A stretch of 63,189 nucleotides of DNA, filler included, from Reticulomyxa filosa (Eukaryota; Protista; Foraminifera), in NCBI GenBank assembly GCA_000512085.1. It is 17 parts of 17 records of this genome, joined end to end, with 100 filler letters (N's around TTAATTAATTAA, not from the genome) between each part and the next. Parts side by side here need not be neighbours in the genome. Positions count along the whole stretch, not along the records: positions 1 to 2,582 come from ASPP01027292.1; positions 2,683 to 6,462 come from ASPP01026037.1; positions 6,563 to 9,340 come from ASPP01006320.1; positions 9,441 to 10,937 come from ASPP01009263.1; positions 11,038 to 12,231 come from ASPP01044819.1; positions 12,332 to 23,406 come from ASPP01005494.1; 11 more parts are not named here. One strand, 5' to 3'. Numbering within the stretch: position 1 is the first letter of the stretch; each line of letters begins with the position of its first letter. Below are positions 1 to 13,459 of this stretch, in pieces. The notes beneath the pieces are model-generated. The model was not told where the DNA came from. It searched no databases and was given only the letters and a program-made list of their open reading frames with translations. A program made the translations under genes and the position numbers.

Positions 1-1204
1 GCCCTGCTGAGTGGGATCTTTAACAATATTTTATGTCAGCCCTCCTCTCTCTCTATCTCTTCTCTCATCAAAGACACCGTTGCTGTGGATACGAACGAAC
101 TGTTCGGTTATAAAAAACCGAATTACCCGAATTCGAAAAATAGAAGGTTTTAATATTGACAAGACCGCCTTTCAAAGAAACGGTAGCTCTAAGGAAGAGC
201 CTTTCAGTGATGTTGGCTTTCTTCAAGTCAGTTCAATTGTTCCAAATGACGGAATACTTGACGGGAAGCATTATCATTGAAATCAGCGCGCACATTCCAA
301 CAAAGGTTCAAGTTATTTCGTTGGTAATTTGTGCAGTTGTCTCTTTCTTGTTACCTGACGCTATAATTCGTGATTGGGTCCATTGCCTAAAAAAGTTTTT
401 GTTTATGTGTACATATTAACATCAAATATCATAACGTATATTTATTATTTATTTATTTATATTTGTGTTATGTATTGCTTGAACTTTTTGAATAGATCTT
501 TAAAGGCATGCAAAATGGAAGTAGCAAGTTGTTGCTGTTAATATTGCCATTGATGCTGGCAATAATGGTAATAGTAATAGCAGCGGCGTACATTGATTAT
601 GGACCATGTCATTATTCTTTACATAACGAATAATTTGGAAAAAAACAATTTGAAGATCCATATTCGTGTAATGTGCTCATAATTGATGAAAGTGGTGAGC
701 TGCGCAACCTGTATTCCAAGTTATAATATTTTTTTATAATATGATTGGAAAAAACTTAAACATGCATGATGGATACACACGTATATAACATAGGTCTCAA
801 AGAATACAACATGTGTCCATCGGGCATTAAAAAGATAGTGGTTGCGGTGCCAGCAAGAAAGGTGAAGTCAAGGCAAGTAATGCCGATTTTTGGTAATTCG
901 ATTGCAAGTGTGACACTTGCCTCAAATATTGTTGTTTTTTATTCCATTGTAATTTCTTTTGATTTTTTTTTTAAAAAAATTTAGATATCTTTCCAGCTCA
1001 CCTAATATCGTCATCAAATTGTGTTCATTATAATAAATTTCTGAATTTTAGTTAAAAGAAAGCCAAATATGTAGATAGATCTGATTTGGTTTTCACTTAT
1101 ATCTTTGAAAAAACAATAACTGGAATTAGTTTCATGTGATAATATGAAATCGATTCTTTTCATGTGGTTAAAGTTGGTGCCAGAAAAAAAAAACATTAGA
1201 AAGT

Positions 1205-2480
1205 TCAATTTATCAAGTGCTCTAAAAGAGCCACGCTTGAGCGTCGACTGTGCAAGATAGGAATTGATTCCGCAGAAAGTGCAGTCTTTAATTTATCCAA
1301 AAAAAAAAAAGTTAGTAGATTTTCTATCCCTTTCACTTTCAAATTTTCTCTACTCATTTGGTTTGTGTCATAAGAATGATTAGTTTGTCCATTCCGAATG
1401 GCGTTGTTTGTTGGATTTACTTCTCTCATTTCAACATCAGATACATGAGGATTATCCAACGGGGGCTGTTTAAGGCATGAACTCTTCATTTTTTATTGTG
1501 GATATGATTGTTTTCGTGTTGATTTCCGCTCGTACATAAGCTCCACTAATTGGGTCACACGTTTGCGATAACTTCCGTCTGCTTTGTTCGTACGATCTAC
1601 AGTGGATCTCCAAATTGTGAATCAATACATACAAAGCAAGAATATGGATGTGTATACAAAATATAGCATTATTTCAGCCCTCAAAGTCTCTTTGTCAAAA
1701 CTTGGTTTGATATTTCAATACGCGAGAGAATTTCTTTTTAAATTGTTTGGAAAGATTGTCAGTGACACAATAGAGCGGAGATCCTGAGGTGTTGAAGGTC
1801 AAATAATGCTTCCACACTTTTCGAACACCTTTTGCAAACATTGCAGCGTCTGTGTATTTTCCATTTTTCATTTTTTCGTTGATGGTGCTCAAGTCCATGG
1901 GTCGTTTCAAAATGTTGCAATAACTTTCTAAACCAACTTGATTACAGTCCACGAGAGTACGATATTCGACTGCTTATGAATTCGCGAGTAGCAATTGCAA
2001 TGTTCTAATTCCGGTTTGTAATGATTGGCCATATTTGCGTTCTTTGTGGCGACTGCGACATCAGACTCCATCTCTTCTGTGTCTCCCCAATTCGTCCTTG
2101 TCACCACTGGCTTTTTTTTTTTCTCGTTTGCCTCCAAGTGGTCTTGTCTTGCGCTGTTGTTATTGCTGTTACTGTCGTTGCTGTCGCCGGTGTTGGCCCT
2201 CTTTCCCTTTCTGCTTCTATCATTGTTATTGTTGCTGTTGGAAGCGTGCTGTTTCGATTGTCATTGCCTCCATTGTCGTCGTTGCCTTCGTCGCTGGCTC
2301 TTCATAATCCGTCCTTTTTATTCTATTCTCTCTCATTGTTTCTTCTTTACTGCTTCATGTCTCTGCCGTTGTCACTTGACTTCACATCCACAGCCAGCTC
2401 GCTCACCGCCATTACCTCGGGGGGGGAGGGGCTACTTCTATTGGCTCCTTCAAGTACTCATCGTCGTTGTTGCTTGGATT
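1205..2480 (-). pseudogene. Degenerate bromodomain-protein gene
   Basis: ORF 1695-1952 reads YCNILKRPMDLSTINEKMKNGKYTDAAMFAKGVRKVWKHYLTFNTSGSPLY, matching bromodomain ZA/BC-loop motifs; neighbouring segments are in other frames with stops. Confidence 0.7.
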
Positions 2481-2582
2481 GTTTGCAATCTGCAACCAAT
2501 CAAACAATGTCAAACTCGTTCGCGTTTGAAACTTAAAAAAAAAAAAAAAAAAAAAAAACGCGAACTGTAATACGAGAGAAAA

Positions 2583-2682
2583 NNNNNNNNNNNNNNNNNN
2601 NNNNNNNNNNNNNNNNNNNNNNNNNNTTAATTAATTAANNNNNNNNNNNNNNNNNNNNNNNNNNNNNNNNNNNNNNNNNNNN
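2583..2682. other. Artificial contig spacer N44-TTAATTAATTAA-N44 (first of 16; others start at 6463, 9341, 10938, 12232, 23407, 27906, 29378, 31471, 33871, 38421, 47209, 56480, 57985, 59144, 60469)
   Basis: Identical 100-bp N blocks, each with a central linker carrying stops in all six frames. Confidence 0.99.
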
Positions 2683-3204
2683 CAATTATCATCATAAGAT
2701 ATCGTTTTATGCGTTCAGTTTTCTTTACAACCTACTGTATCAGCATAACTCGCTATTTCGCTTCACTATTGAAGATTAATCTGTTAATAATAAACTTTTT
2801 GAGTTAATTATGTTTCTTGTCCTCGAACCATGTAACCGACCCTACAAAAATTTATAGGTTTATATTAAAAGTCAATACTTTTTCAAAATCATTTTCTCTA
2901 ATGATATTTACACGTGCTGGATTTTTTAAAAAATTAGGATTAATTGCTTATTTTTCATGGAAAAAATAAATCATCTTCATAAAGTAGCATTAAGTCAAAA
3001 TTGTCTAATCCTTTTTTTTTAACACAAAAACAACTTTTCAATAAAAAAAGGTAAAAAAGTTGGTAAATTTCATAATTATGAGACTGACAAAGATGAAATA
3101 AAAAATCAAAATGAAATCAATATTTAAAGGAAAAATTATTTAGAGATATTTGAATTCTGCTTCTTCATCAAAAAACCAATTATCTCTATATGTCAAAATT
3201 TATT

Positions 3205-4432
3205 TCATTTACTATATTTTATAATAATTTTATCAAAATCATCGATCCATCCTAATTTTATCTTTAAAATTTGAGTCCAATGTTTAATAATACATTTTAT
3301 TTCATTTTTTGACTGTTCATTATTTATTATTTAATATTTGTATAATATAATTTATTTATGTTTCATTAAAATAAATAAATAAACAAATCATTACCAATTG
3401 TAAAGGATCCCATACACGCACCTTAGTCTTTACATGAGTTGATACTAATGCCTTTTTATAATCTTTTCCTCCGATGATGTGTATATGATTGTCCTCTTCG
3501 TTCAATGTTGCAATACAATCATATAATGGACGGGGTAAAGTGTTTCGAAATTTCATCCATTTATTTTCTCGAATTAAATACATATGAACCGATTTTGAAA
3601 CAAGTATTTTACTATCATTCCATCCACCAAAGAACAAGATGATATTATTGACACGCACATATGCATAATGATATAATGGTGCAATATCATCACAAACAGG
3701 TAGTTGATAAAATTGAAAAGTGTTATTATCTTCATTATATTCAATTGATAATCCTGTCCCCATACAAAACAACAGCATTTGATTTTGTTTATTTTTTTCT
3801 TCATTTGTTTTCATTATTTCTTGTCCTTGTTCATTTTCTGACTTTGATACAAAGCAATGATGACCAATACAATTATTTGTTGGTAAAGTACAATGTTTAT
3901 TAAATTTAAATGTATTTAAATTAAATACACTAATATTATCATAATAATAAGTGATAAATAACAAATTATTGTTTCTTCCACCAACCACTGCACGCGCTCC
4001 ACAATAAGAATCATACTTCCCTCCAAAGATGATTGGACGATTGTCATTGCATGTGAATGGAATCCATTGATTGTAATTGTTTAATTCACTTGATTTGTTT
4101 GATATATCTAATATATTACTCCAAACACTTACATATTTCATTACCAATGCATGTTTTTTTATATGTGAAATTCCACCAAGAGACAACAAAATGATTTGAT
4201 TGCTGTCTTTATTATTATTATTTATCAGTTTCACTACACAGTGTGCTTCTAATCTAACATCATCTGGATAATTACAGATAAACTTGTATTTGTTTTTGAG
4301 TGTATGATAAGAATAACAAGTTTTTCGTTCATAACCTCCACAAATGAGGATTTCGTTCTTGTACAGCACACATTGAGCTTGAGCAAATGTGATAGGTAAC
4401 TCCTTCAAAATTTGAAAAGTTTGTTTACTCAT
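3205..4432 (-). CDS. Kelch-repeat beta-propeller protein; exons 4432-3395 and 3312-3205
   Basis: Kelch GG motifs (ILICGG, ILFFGGW, IHIIGG); GT-AG intron 3313-3394 gives an in-frame last exon SKNEIKCIIKHWTQILKIKLGWIDDFDKIIIKYSK*. Confidence 0.85.
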
Positions 4433-5276
4433 GTTGTTAATATTGATGAACTATGAAGTAGTTTAAATATTTTTTAAAAGGTGAAGGACGGAAAAAAAGA
4501 ACACTATTTTTTGGAGCGACTCAAATTAGAAAAATAAAAGAATTGCAATATTGACTGTATTACACAACAGCATGATTATAGCCAATAATACTATCTTTGA
4601 AAGTGCAGAATATATTTAATACTATAAAAAAGATTTGTAAATATATTCTTGATATAGCATTTAGATATTTATTGTTATCTTGTATCCTTTTTCGAAAACA
4701 AAGCAGACTAACTTAAAGTCATTTGTTTGAGTTCACAAATGAAAAAACCTATTTGCTGAGATTTTAACGAAAAAACGAAATTAATACCATGACAAAAGTT
4801 GTTGAGTATTTCTAATCCCCATAAAAGAAAATCGACATATTTGGAAACTAAATATTTTTTAAAAATGTTGACTTTTCATTAGAATATTGATTGGTGCAAA
4901 CTTTTCAAGAGAAAAAAAAATAATGGATGATATTTATGAAAATAGTGATACAATAAATCTTCAAACCAAAAAAAAAACAAAGTAAATATTTGTAAAAAAA
5001 ACAGTGCCAAGAGCACATAATAACAAAATGTATACCTCAAGAGTGAGTATTTACATCAATACAAAAAAAAAATGCATTTTTTACAATACTGTTACTCTAA
5101 AAGTTCCCTTTATATAAGCAATGAAAAAGAATCAACAAATAAATCAAAATTTTTAAAAATTGCTTTAAAAACAAACAAACTACTCCATTAATTCTTATGC
5201 TTCAGAGTGAGATAAGCCAAATAGCTATGCATGACAAGCAACATCATTAGTTTGAAAAAAAGGTACTAGCAATAAA

Positions 5277-5813
5277 ATGAATAGTGTTGGTGTGATTGAT
5301 GGTAATGGATATTCAATTTGTTCTGGATCATGGGATTACACTGTTCGTTTGTGGTATATTGAAACAACCAAAGAATTGACTATTTTCAAAGGACATGAAG
5401 ATACTTTGAGGAGCGTAAAATATTCACCACATGAAACAAATACAATGTGTTCTGGATCAGTTAATAAAAGTGTTTGTTTGTGAGATATTTGATCAAACAA
5501 ACAAATTAATATATGCTGTAGAATATTTACCATTTGTGAACAATAACAATAATAATGGAGATGGGACATCAATTATTAATTCGAATATAATATGTTCTGG
5601 GTCAGATGATAATACAATTCGTTTTTGGAACATTCGAAACAATAGACAATTGCATGTGATCAAAGGAAATGAAAATAAGGATGGTGGAATATGGTCTCTT
5701 AAATTTTACCATTGAAAAATAAAGAAAATGTAAGCAAAAAAACTGATGACAGTGTTTGCAATGTCAATTTGTGTTATGGCTCATATAAAGGTCCCATTCG
5801 TATTTGGGGATAA
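5277..5813 (+). pseudogene. WD40-repeat pseudogene
   Basis: ICSGSWDYTVRLW, FKGHED, ICSGSDDNTIRFW and terminal GPIRIWG* motifs, interrupted by stops and frameshifts near 5481 and 5705. Confidence 0.85.
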
Positions 5814-6744
5814 TTAGATATCTTGGAAAAAGTAAAACGTTTTTTTTTTATTTAATTGAATGAAGTATTACTCAATTTCATTTCTTGATAGGCAACAACG
5901 CTTGCTCTGATGGCTATAAAAAGTTGTTTAAATAAACAAAAAAACCAGCCAATGTTGCATTGTATAACGTTATTTGCTGTGCGTAAGATGTTTTGATTTT
6001 TTCAAGAAGCTTTTATAGCTATATGATTATGTTAGTTGAATTAGTATTTGAAGAATGAGCATTTGATATAAAAGTGTTTGGAAATGAATCATATACAATT
6101 AAATTTTTATATTAAATAGAAAATTTGCAACGAGCTTGTGCAAATTACAAATTTGAAATTGTCGTGAAAAATGAACGTTTCTTCTGTTAATTGCTGGATT
6201 GCTTTTGTTACCGATATTACTCATACAATTTCAACATTCGATTTGTTTTCCAGTACATATAATGACAAAAATAATAAGAAAGTTTTTTTCAATGGCATAA
6301 AAAAAAATAGCATCATTGTTTGTAGTTAAAGAGCTCGTACCAGCCGTTTCTGACATGGATTTATCTTTGTCTTGTTGGAAGTGGAGGGAACGGAAAAAAA
6401 TATTTTCACCAGATGGAAAAATGGCTACATTTTGCTCAAAGTCAGGTGCTATTCAATTGTACNNNNNNNNNNNNNNNNNNNNNNNNNNNNNNNNNNNNNN
6501 NNNNNNTTAATTAATTAANNNNNNNNNNNNNNNNNNNNNNNNNNNNNNNNNNNNNNNNNNNNAAAAAAAAAAAAAAAAAAAAATAGAGTGGATTCGGAAA
6601 TTATAGCCTTGAACTTTGTCGTAACACGGATTTGCTTTTCCATATTCACAGACTCATGAACAGGCGAGCTCGTGTTGATTTGTGGTTTTGGCGAACAAAC
6701 AAACTCGTCTTTGTCATGTCCTTGCACTACGTTTGTTGCGTCAC

Positions 6745-7132
6745 TTATTGGAACACACAACACACACTTTGTGCACTTTGGATTGCCTCATATGTATAAT
6801 ATAACAAAAATCTGAAATCCAATTTCAAGTCATACTTTGTGCATATTGCAGACGATTTGTCACACATCTCCACTGGCCGACCGATAAACTGTCATAAAAG
6901 TCATCAATCAAGTCGTTTTCATTTTATTTTATTTTTTATTTTTTGCGGCTGATACCTGCCACAGAGCCAATACGTACAACAGTAGTGCAAAGCTGTCATT
7001 CACATAAAACCACCATATCTGTACTGCTGGGCTTAACTTCTTCAGCTGAGTTTGAAACACTACATAGCCGAGAAAAGATACGAGCAACCAAGAGAGACAG
7101 AGAAAATAGCCTTTAGTTAATGCGTCTGACAT
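6745..7132 (-). CDS. Small putative membrane protein (exon 7132-6956, intron 6955-6889); 3' structure uncertain
   Basis: Two hydrophobic segments in ORF 6929-7132; CAG|GTATCA donor and GACAG acceptor keep the frame. Confidence 0.35.
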
Positions 7133-7726
7133 CTCCCAATATGTATGTCAACCCTTGTTTTTTTAATTTTTTTCACTTGTTAGATGGGGCGTCTTTACTG
7201 ACATTGTCTCTACTTTTTTTTTGGTTATCTTCGCACTGCGTGTTGTGAAAATATTGCTGATATCACGCAAAGATTTTACAAAACATATCGATTAATACTT
7301 TGAAGGCCTTTTATTCTTCTCGTAGATGATGTGCAATCGAACAGGTAAATACCTGAAGAAGTAAAAGCAGAGGTTATCGACAAAACCCTACTGAAAAATC
7401 GATAAAAATTTTCTCATCAAAAACTTTTGAACTGATAAAAAAGGGAGAGGAAGGAACGTAAGGAAATAAAATCAAGTCGAAAAGGGGGTGGTGAAAAAAA
7501 AAAGGGGTAACAAAGTTTGAACTTTAAGTTGAGTTTTATTTTTATTATTATTATTATTCATATTGACCATCACACCACCACGATTACTCTCCCTCCCTCC
7601 TTCTTGTACAAAATGAGCTTATGAATCATCACAAAAGATTTTTAAAAAAAACAAGATTGATTTTGCTGGAGAGTGAGGGGTACATATGTATATGTATATG
7701 CATATATATATATATATCAATAAAGA

Positions 7727-7832
7727 TCACAAATCTTCAGTTTTACTGTCGATGTCAGAAGAAGAATTGTTAGTTGTTGTAGCGGATTGTTCTTTTTTTG
7801 AAGGAAGAGGTTTGTCAATGGAGGATAAGGGA

Positions 7833-7870
<38 letters not shown>

Positions 7871-8803
7871 TGTTGTCGTCGTTGTTTTATCTGGTAAATC
7901 AGTTTTAATAAGCTCCTTTTCATGTGCTAATAATTGTTTTTCTTGTTGTGCAAGTTCTTCTAAATCAACATTAGTTTGAATAAATTTATGTATTAACAAA
8001 GAAGAGCAATCAAATCTTTTTTTAGGATCGATACACATTAAATTTCGAACACAATCTTTAGCTTGTTCAGAGACATGATCCCAATGAGGAGAAGGAAAGC
8101 GATATTGTCCTCTTATGATCATACCATACATAGCATGAATAGAATGTGAATTGAAAGGTTGATAGCCAGATAACATAATATATAAAATAACGCCTAAAGA
8201 CCAAAAATCAATTTGCACACCATATTCGTTATTGCCTAACACTTCTGGTGCTACATAATGTGGTGTACCACAACATGTATGCATAACATGAAAATCTGGC
8301 GGTAATTTTAAAAAATGTGCTAATCCAAAGTCGGTTACTTTAAGTGTCCCACTTTTTGTAAATAATATATTTTCTGGTTTTAAATCTCTATGCACTACAA
8401 AATGCTCATGCAAATATTGTAAACATTTTCCTATTATCGCTGTTATACGTGCTGCTTTTTTCTCTTCAAATCTTCGATTTGGCGATTTTAATATTTGATC
8501 AAATAAATCGCCTCCTTCACATAATTCTAATATCATCTTCACTCTACGACCATCGTCAAATACATCTGCCATCTTTATTACATATGGATGATCCATTGAT
8601 TTCAATATATTTATCTCATCTTTTAATCCTACTAATTCTCTTCCTGTTAAATGTCTTTTATCTATTATCTTCACTGCAAATTCCTTTTTATCTGCTTTTC
8701 TTGTACTGCGCTTCACCGTTGCAAACGTACCCGAACCTATCCGGTCTCCAGATACAAAATAATCTCCGTACTTTCTTTCGTGCTCGCTTGGCGTGTTACC
8801 CAT
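7727..8803 (-). CDS. CaMK-group Ser/Thr protein kinase (CaMKI/myosin light chain kinase-like), intronless
   Basis: GSGTFATV, AVK, HRDLKPEN, DFG, CGTPHYVAPE motifs; MGNTPS N-terminus; poly-Thr tail. Confidence 0.95.
7838..7885 (+). repeat. (GTA)n/(GTT)n microsatellite encoding poly-Thr on the minus strand
   Basis: Visible trinucleotide run inside the kinase CDS. Confidence 0.9.
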
Positions 8804-9491
8804 GGATTTTCAAGTCGGTGGAACAACAAAACTAATCTGTTACCAACAAGATTGTAGCAATATTTTTTAAGATCCCTTTGGTAAAAGCAAAAAGTAAAAA
8901 ACAGTGAACTCTGGCACACAATGTACCTGCTAGCTGTTTGAGAAGTTGATGTTTGTAAATTTAAATGCATTAACTTTTGAATCAAAAGACAATGCTCGTC
9001 CATTTGCAACAACATTTAATCCAACATACAAGGGTATCTTTTTGCCTTCATTTTGAAAAATAATAGGAATACAGAATAAGATAATATTTGAGATAATTGA
9101 AAAGTGGCCAATAAAAAATTTTTTTAAATAAGAACCTGTTCATAGTAGAAGTGCATGCCATAAGGTCAGGAAAATGTGCGACCCCCTCTCCCCCCCCCCC
9201 CTCCAATGAAGAGAATAAAAAATTGTTCATAAAGTGATGAATCTGCATAGTATAGTTTTTTCAAAGGTGTACAATAAGTAACTAAGCTGCAATTCTTGCA
9301 CTACAAGTGAAGAGTTGAAAATGCTGTGAATACTTAAAAANNNNNNNNNNNNNNNNNNNNNNNNNNNNNNNNNNNNNNNNNNNNTTAATTAATTAANNNN
9401 NNNNNNNNNNNNNNNNNNNNNNNNNNNNNNNNNNNNNNNNGAGTAATCAAATGTTCAATCTTATATCTGCATACATTGCAAAAAAAAAAAC

Positions 9492-10013
9492 CTTTTTCGG
9501 ACGCGTTTTCAAAAATTTTGGCCAAATCTTTGCCGTTGTTTGGTTTTAATTTTTGGACCCATCGTTTGGCCTCTGGCGTTTTGATCCAATCCAATTCCTT
9601 GGGCGTGCCCATGGTTTCGAAGATGATTTTCAATTGATCCAAATCTGCACTTGCAAAAAAAAAAAGATTGTGTGTGCATGCATTATGTATGTTGCAAAAG
9701 TGAAGTAAAACAAAATGGCATTGAAAAGACACAAAACAATTTTGGCCGGGGAACAATGGTCTTCTCAGAATCAACTCGGCCATCAAACAGCCAACGGACC
9801 AAATGTCGACCTTTTCGTCATACAGCCCGGCGGAGCACATGACTTCGGGCGAGCGATACCACCTCGTCACCACATATTCCGTCGGCTTTCCAATTCCTTC
9901 GTCTTTGCATACGCCTCGGGCCAATCCAAAGTCGGTTATCTTTACATCGCAGTCCGTTCCGTTTACCAGCACATTATCGGGTTTCTTTTTGATTGCAATT
10001 AATATATATACAC

Positions 10014-10044
<31 letters not shown>

Positions 10045-10879
10045 TATGCATATATACATATACATACACATAAAATATGGAACAGAGAACCAATAACTCG
10101 GTGTGATTGCAATAAAAAACACAATATTAACCAAGTCGCGATGGATGACGCCTGCAGAGTGCATATACTTCAATCCCCGCAAAATTTGGTAAATGAAAAA
10201 CTGGTAGTGTCTATCCGTCAACGTCTGCTTCGAACGAATCACTTTGGCCAACGTTGTCTCCATTTTCGGCATTACCAAATACACTTCATTGAACGTTTCT
10301 ATTTCGCCTGGGTCTGGTGCTACCACATCGATTAGATCTATTATCTTTTTTTTTTTTTTGAGTATATTGGCTCTAAACTTTTTTCTCTCCCCTCCCCCCT
10401 CCTCACAAATCAAAATTTGGAGGCACTACAAAAAAAAACAAAACGTCTTGGTGTTTGAAATACATCAGCAGTTTGATTTCTCGCAAAATGCGACGAGCGT
10501 CAGTGATATGATCAAACACGCCCTTGTTTTTCTTAATCGCAACTTTGCGGCCAGTGCGTGTGTCAATTGCTTCACTATTTTTTGTTCATTTTTTTTGTTT
10601 TGAGAGATATGATATCACACAACATACAATTATGCATATATGCACATGAATAATATAAGACATACCACACAACAGCATAAGCGCCTGATCCAATTATTCG
10701 AACGGGCTGATAAAAGTCATACAAAACAAAAGTTTCATTTTTGACACGATAGGTCACTTTCTTCAACTCCTCTGTTACTTTCGTTTCTTCGCCGCGCTTT
10801 TTCTTCGACGTTGCATACAAATTTTGCTGTTCAAGCCATATACTTTTTTTTTGTTTTTGCAGCCAATCTGACTACCCAT
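9492..10879 (-). CDS. ERK-type MAP kinase (TEY), 3'-truncated by contig end; introns 10665-10575, 10444-10345, 10131-9985, 9737-9645
   Basis: GSGAYAVV, VAIKK, ARRILREIKLL, HRDL|KPDN, DFG, TEYVVTRWYRSPE; all four GT-AG introns restore the frame. Confidence 0.93.
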
Positions 10880-10893
10880 TCCAACGTTCAGTC

Positions 10894-10924
<31 letters not shown>

Positions 10925-12331
10925 GGAATAAAAAAAANNNNNNNNNNNNNNNNNNNNNNNNNNNNNNNNNNNNNNNNNNNNTTAATTAATTAANNNNNNN
11001 NNNNNNNNNNNNNNNNNNNNNNNNNNNNNNNNNNNNNTTTTTTGGCGAGGTTCGGAGTCATATGCGTACATATGTCACGCCATTTCAATTGTGCTCCAAA
11101 ATGCGCAAATTCATCTACACTCCGTGTCTCATTTCTGAATAATGGCGCGTTGCAATTCGCAAGCGCAATCTACATTTGGAGGCTATGCTCCAAGTCACAC
11201 TGTGCTTCTCGTGCCATAATATCGACTATCACAACATTCCAACCAACATCGCACAATCACAGTCACAAACACCATCTATCATCGAGCCCATCAAACTTGT
11301 CAATACTTCAGTTACTTTTGATATATCTTTCTTTCAATTAAAAAAAAGATATAGATATGCAAAAAACTTTGATAATAAAATAACAATTCGTTTCAATTTT
11401 ACAATCAAAAAAAAAAAAAAAATAGACAACACGCTGAGACTCCCAGAGCAAGTGCTTTGCTCAGTGCCACTATGGCGACATAATCTGGCAAAACAAAGCA
11501 AGCACAAACAATGGGATTATTAGCGATAATAATGTGGAAGTTAAGAATGATATGGTGGATGATTATGTTTGACCAAGATATTATGGGCGTCAATGTTAAA
11601 CTGCCCTTACACACATCAGCGCAATCGACGGCGTGACATTATGTGAACATCAAATTCGCCATAAGCGCTTTGTGTAAATAGAAGGGGCCCAGTGATTGTG
11701 GTGTGCCATATTGGCTATTGATGTCGTCCAATATATACGACTATCATCTCAAATGACTCCAGTTTGTTGGCACATGGGACAAAGGGCAGTCCAACATAAC
11801 AACTGCGCATTGCGCAACAACAACAACAACAAAAGAAGGCCAGTTGATCACCATCACAAGCAAAATGACACGGCCAATTGGTATCTAAAACTTTTTTTAA
11901 CATACGTATATATATGTACATACTTTTTGTCTTTCAAATAAATACACGAAAACAATGTATGATTTTTTTTTTCAACGTATAAAAAATAAGACTAGATGAC
12001 GCGCAACAGCAAACACAACGACGACGATCAAACACGGGGTATAACCCACCCCCGTCTCCGAAAGGAGCAAAAGAGGTTTGTTATATCTTTTTTTTAATAA
12101 AAATATATTAATATGATTTGTGTTTGTGTATAGGACTCCTCCGTCCACAAAACACCGTTACTTGTTTGCCCCTTCGCTCAACACACAAAAAAAAAATGGG
12201 GTCGAAGACCAACTGGTTTTCAAAAAAAAAANNNNNNNNNNNNNNNNNNNNNNNNNNNNNNNNNNNNNNNNNNNNTTAATTAATTAANNNNNNNNNNNNN
12301 NNNNNNNNNNNNNNNNNNNNNNNNNNNNNNN

Positions 12332-12990
12332 TTGTTGTTGTTGTTGTTGTTGTTGTTGTTGATATTGCTGTTGCTGCTGCTGATGATTGTTGTTGTTGTT
12401 GCTGCTGCAATTCCCATTCTCCTTTTGCCAACTCACTCGTAGACGGAGCACCTTGCGCTTGTCCTACCTCCATATCCTCTTTCGTTTTGCTTGCTCCTGC
12501 TTCTTTTTTTGCTTTCATGCCACCCAGGTCGTCTTCTTCTCTTATTTTTGACATAATGTGCTCCATGTCTTCTCTCGCATTGTCCGATGAAAACTCAATC
12601 TTTGCGTCGTGAATCTTGTTCTTCACTAAAACCTTAAATGTCAGTCCATAATGTGTTCTGTCTTCCGGATATTCCAAACCTTTCCACATTTTTATTGTTG
12701 CCACATATCACAAATCTCTATACATATATTTGTATATATGTATTCATTCATATTTATATGTGTACATATATGATGTAAGGTGCGGCAAGAGGCCATAAAA
12801 TACCTTGAATTAGAGCGCGCTCGAATAACATTACTGGCCGGAATTGTGTGTTTGACACTAAGGTACACATTCCCACTCGAGATTTTGTTATCACAAGCCA
12901 ACACGATATACGCTCCCTTTTTTTTGCCAATACTATGCTCTTGCATTCTTCTACAAATTCTCCTTCGAAGATTCTCGGCAAGTTCGACAT
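12332..12990 (-). CDS. Putative PH-like domain protein with Q/T-rich tail; partial, possibly disrupted
   Basis: ORFs 12754-12990 and 12276-12704 are separated by an AT-rich GT-AG intron; strands followed by a helix; an in-frame TGA remains after splicing. Confidence 0.4.
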
Positions 12991-13459
12991 TTCTTTTGTA
13001 TGAATTTATTTTGGGGCTATTATATGACAACCAATCTTTGATTACCGATTTTCTACTTTTTTTAAAAAAGTAAAGCAGCAAAACAAAAGATTACGTTTCG
13101 TTTATTTTGCTCTTTTTTAATTTCGGACTTAGCTCTAAACAGCTGTTTTCCCTTTTAACTGTACGTGTAAGCCAAAGAACGTGAAGAAGAACTGATTTAC
13201 ATATGTAAATTTGCTTTTTTTTTTCTCACAAAGTTTGTCAAACATTTTTATTGTTTATAAAGAATAGTTTATTACAAATTTAAAAAAAAATCACTTAACA
13301 AAGGAAAGTAATTGACATCCATACAATTGTTTAACACATTGAATAGTAAAATCTGCTATTTGATACGTGAAGTTTTTGTCGTGTTTGTTTTTTGAAGCAG
13401 ACCACTCGGCTTTTTTTTGGCCCTTTCTTTATCGTTTTGGCTTTGCAGATTTTGTAACA

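Noticed and set aside
2021-2570. Several overlapping hydrophobic plus-strand ORFs
   Set aside because: Antisense shadows of a low-complexity minus-strand segment; the same applies to shadows over the kinase, PPKL, F-box and coaE genes.
11038-11890. Coding-like contig containing DCGVPYWLL (cysteine-protease-like)
   Set aside because: Stops in all frames and no catalytic motifs; family cannot be assigned.
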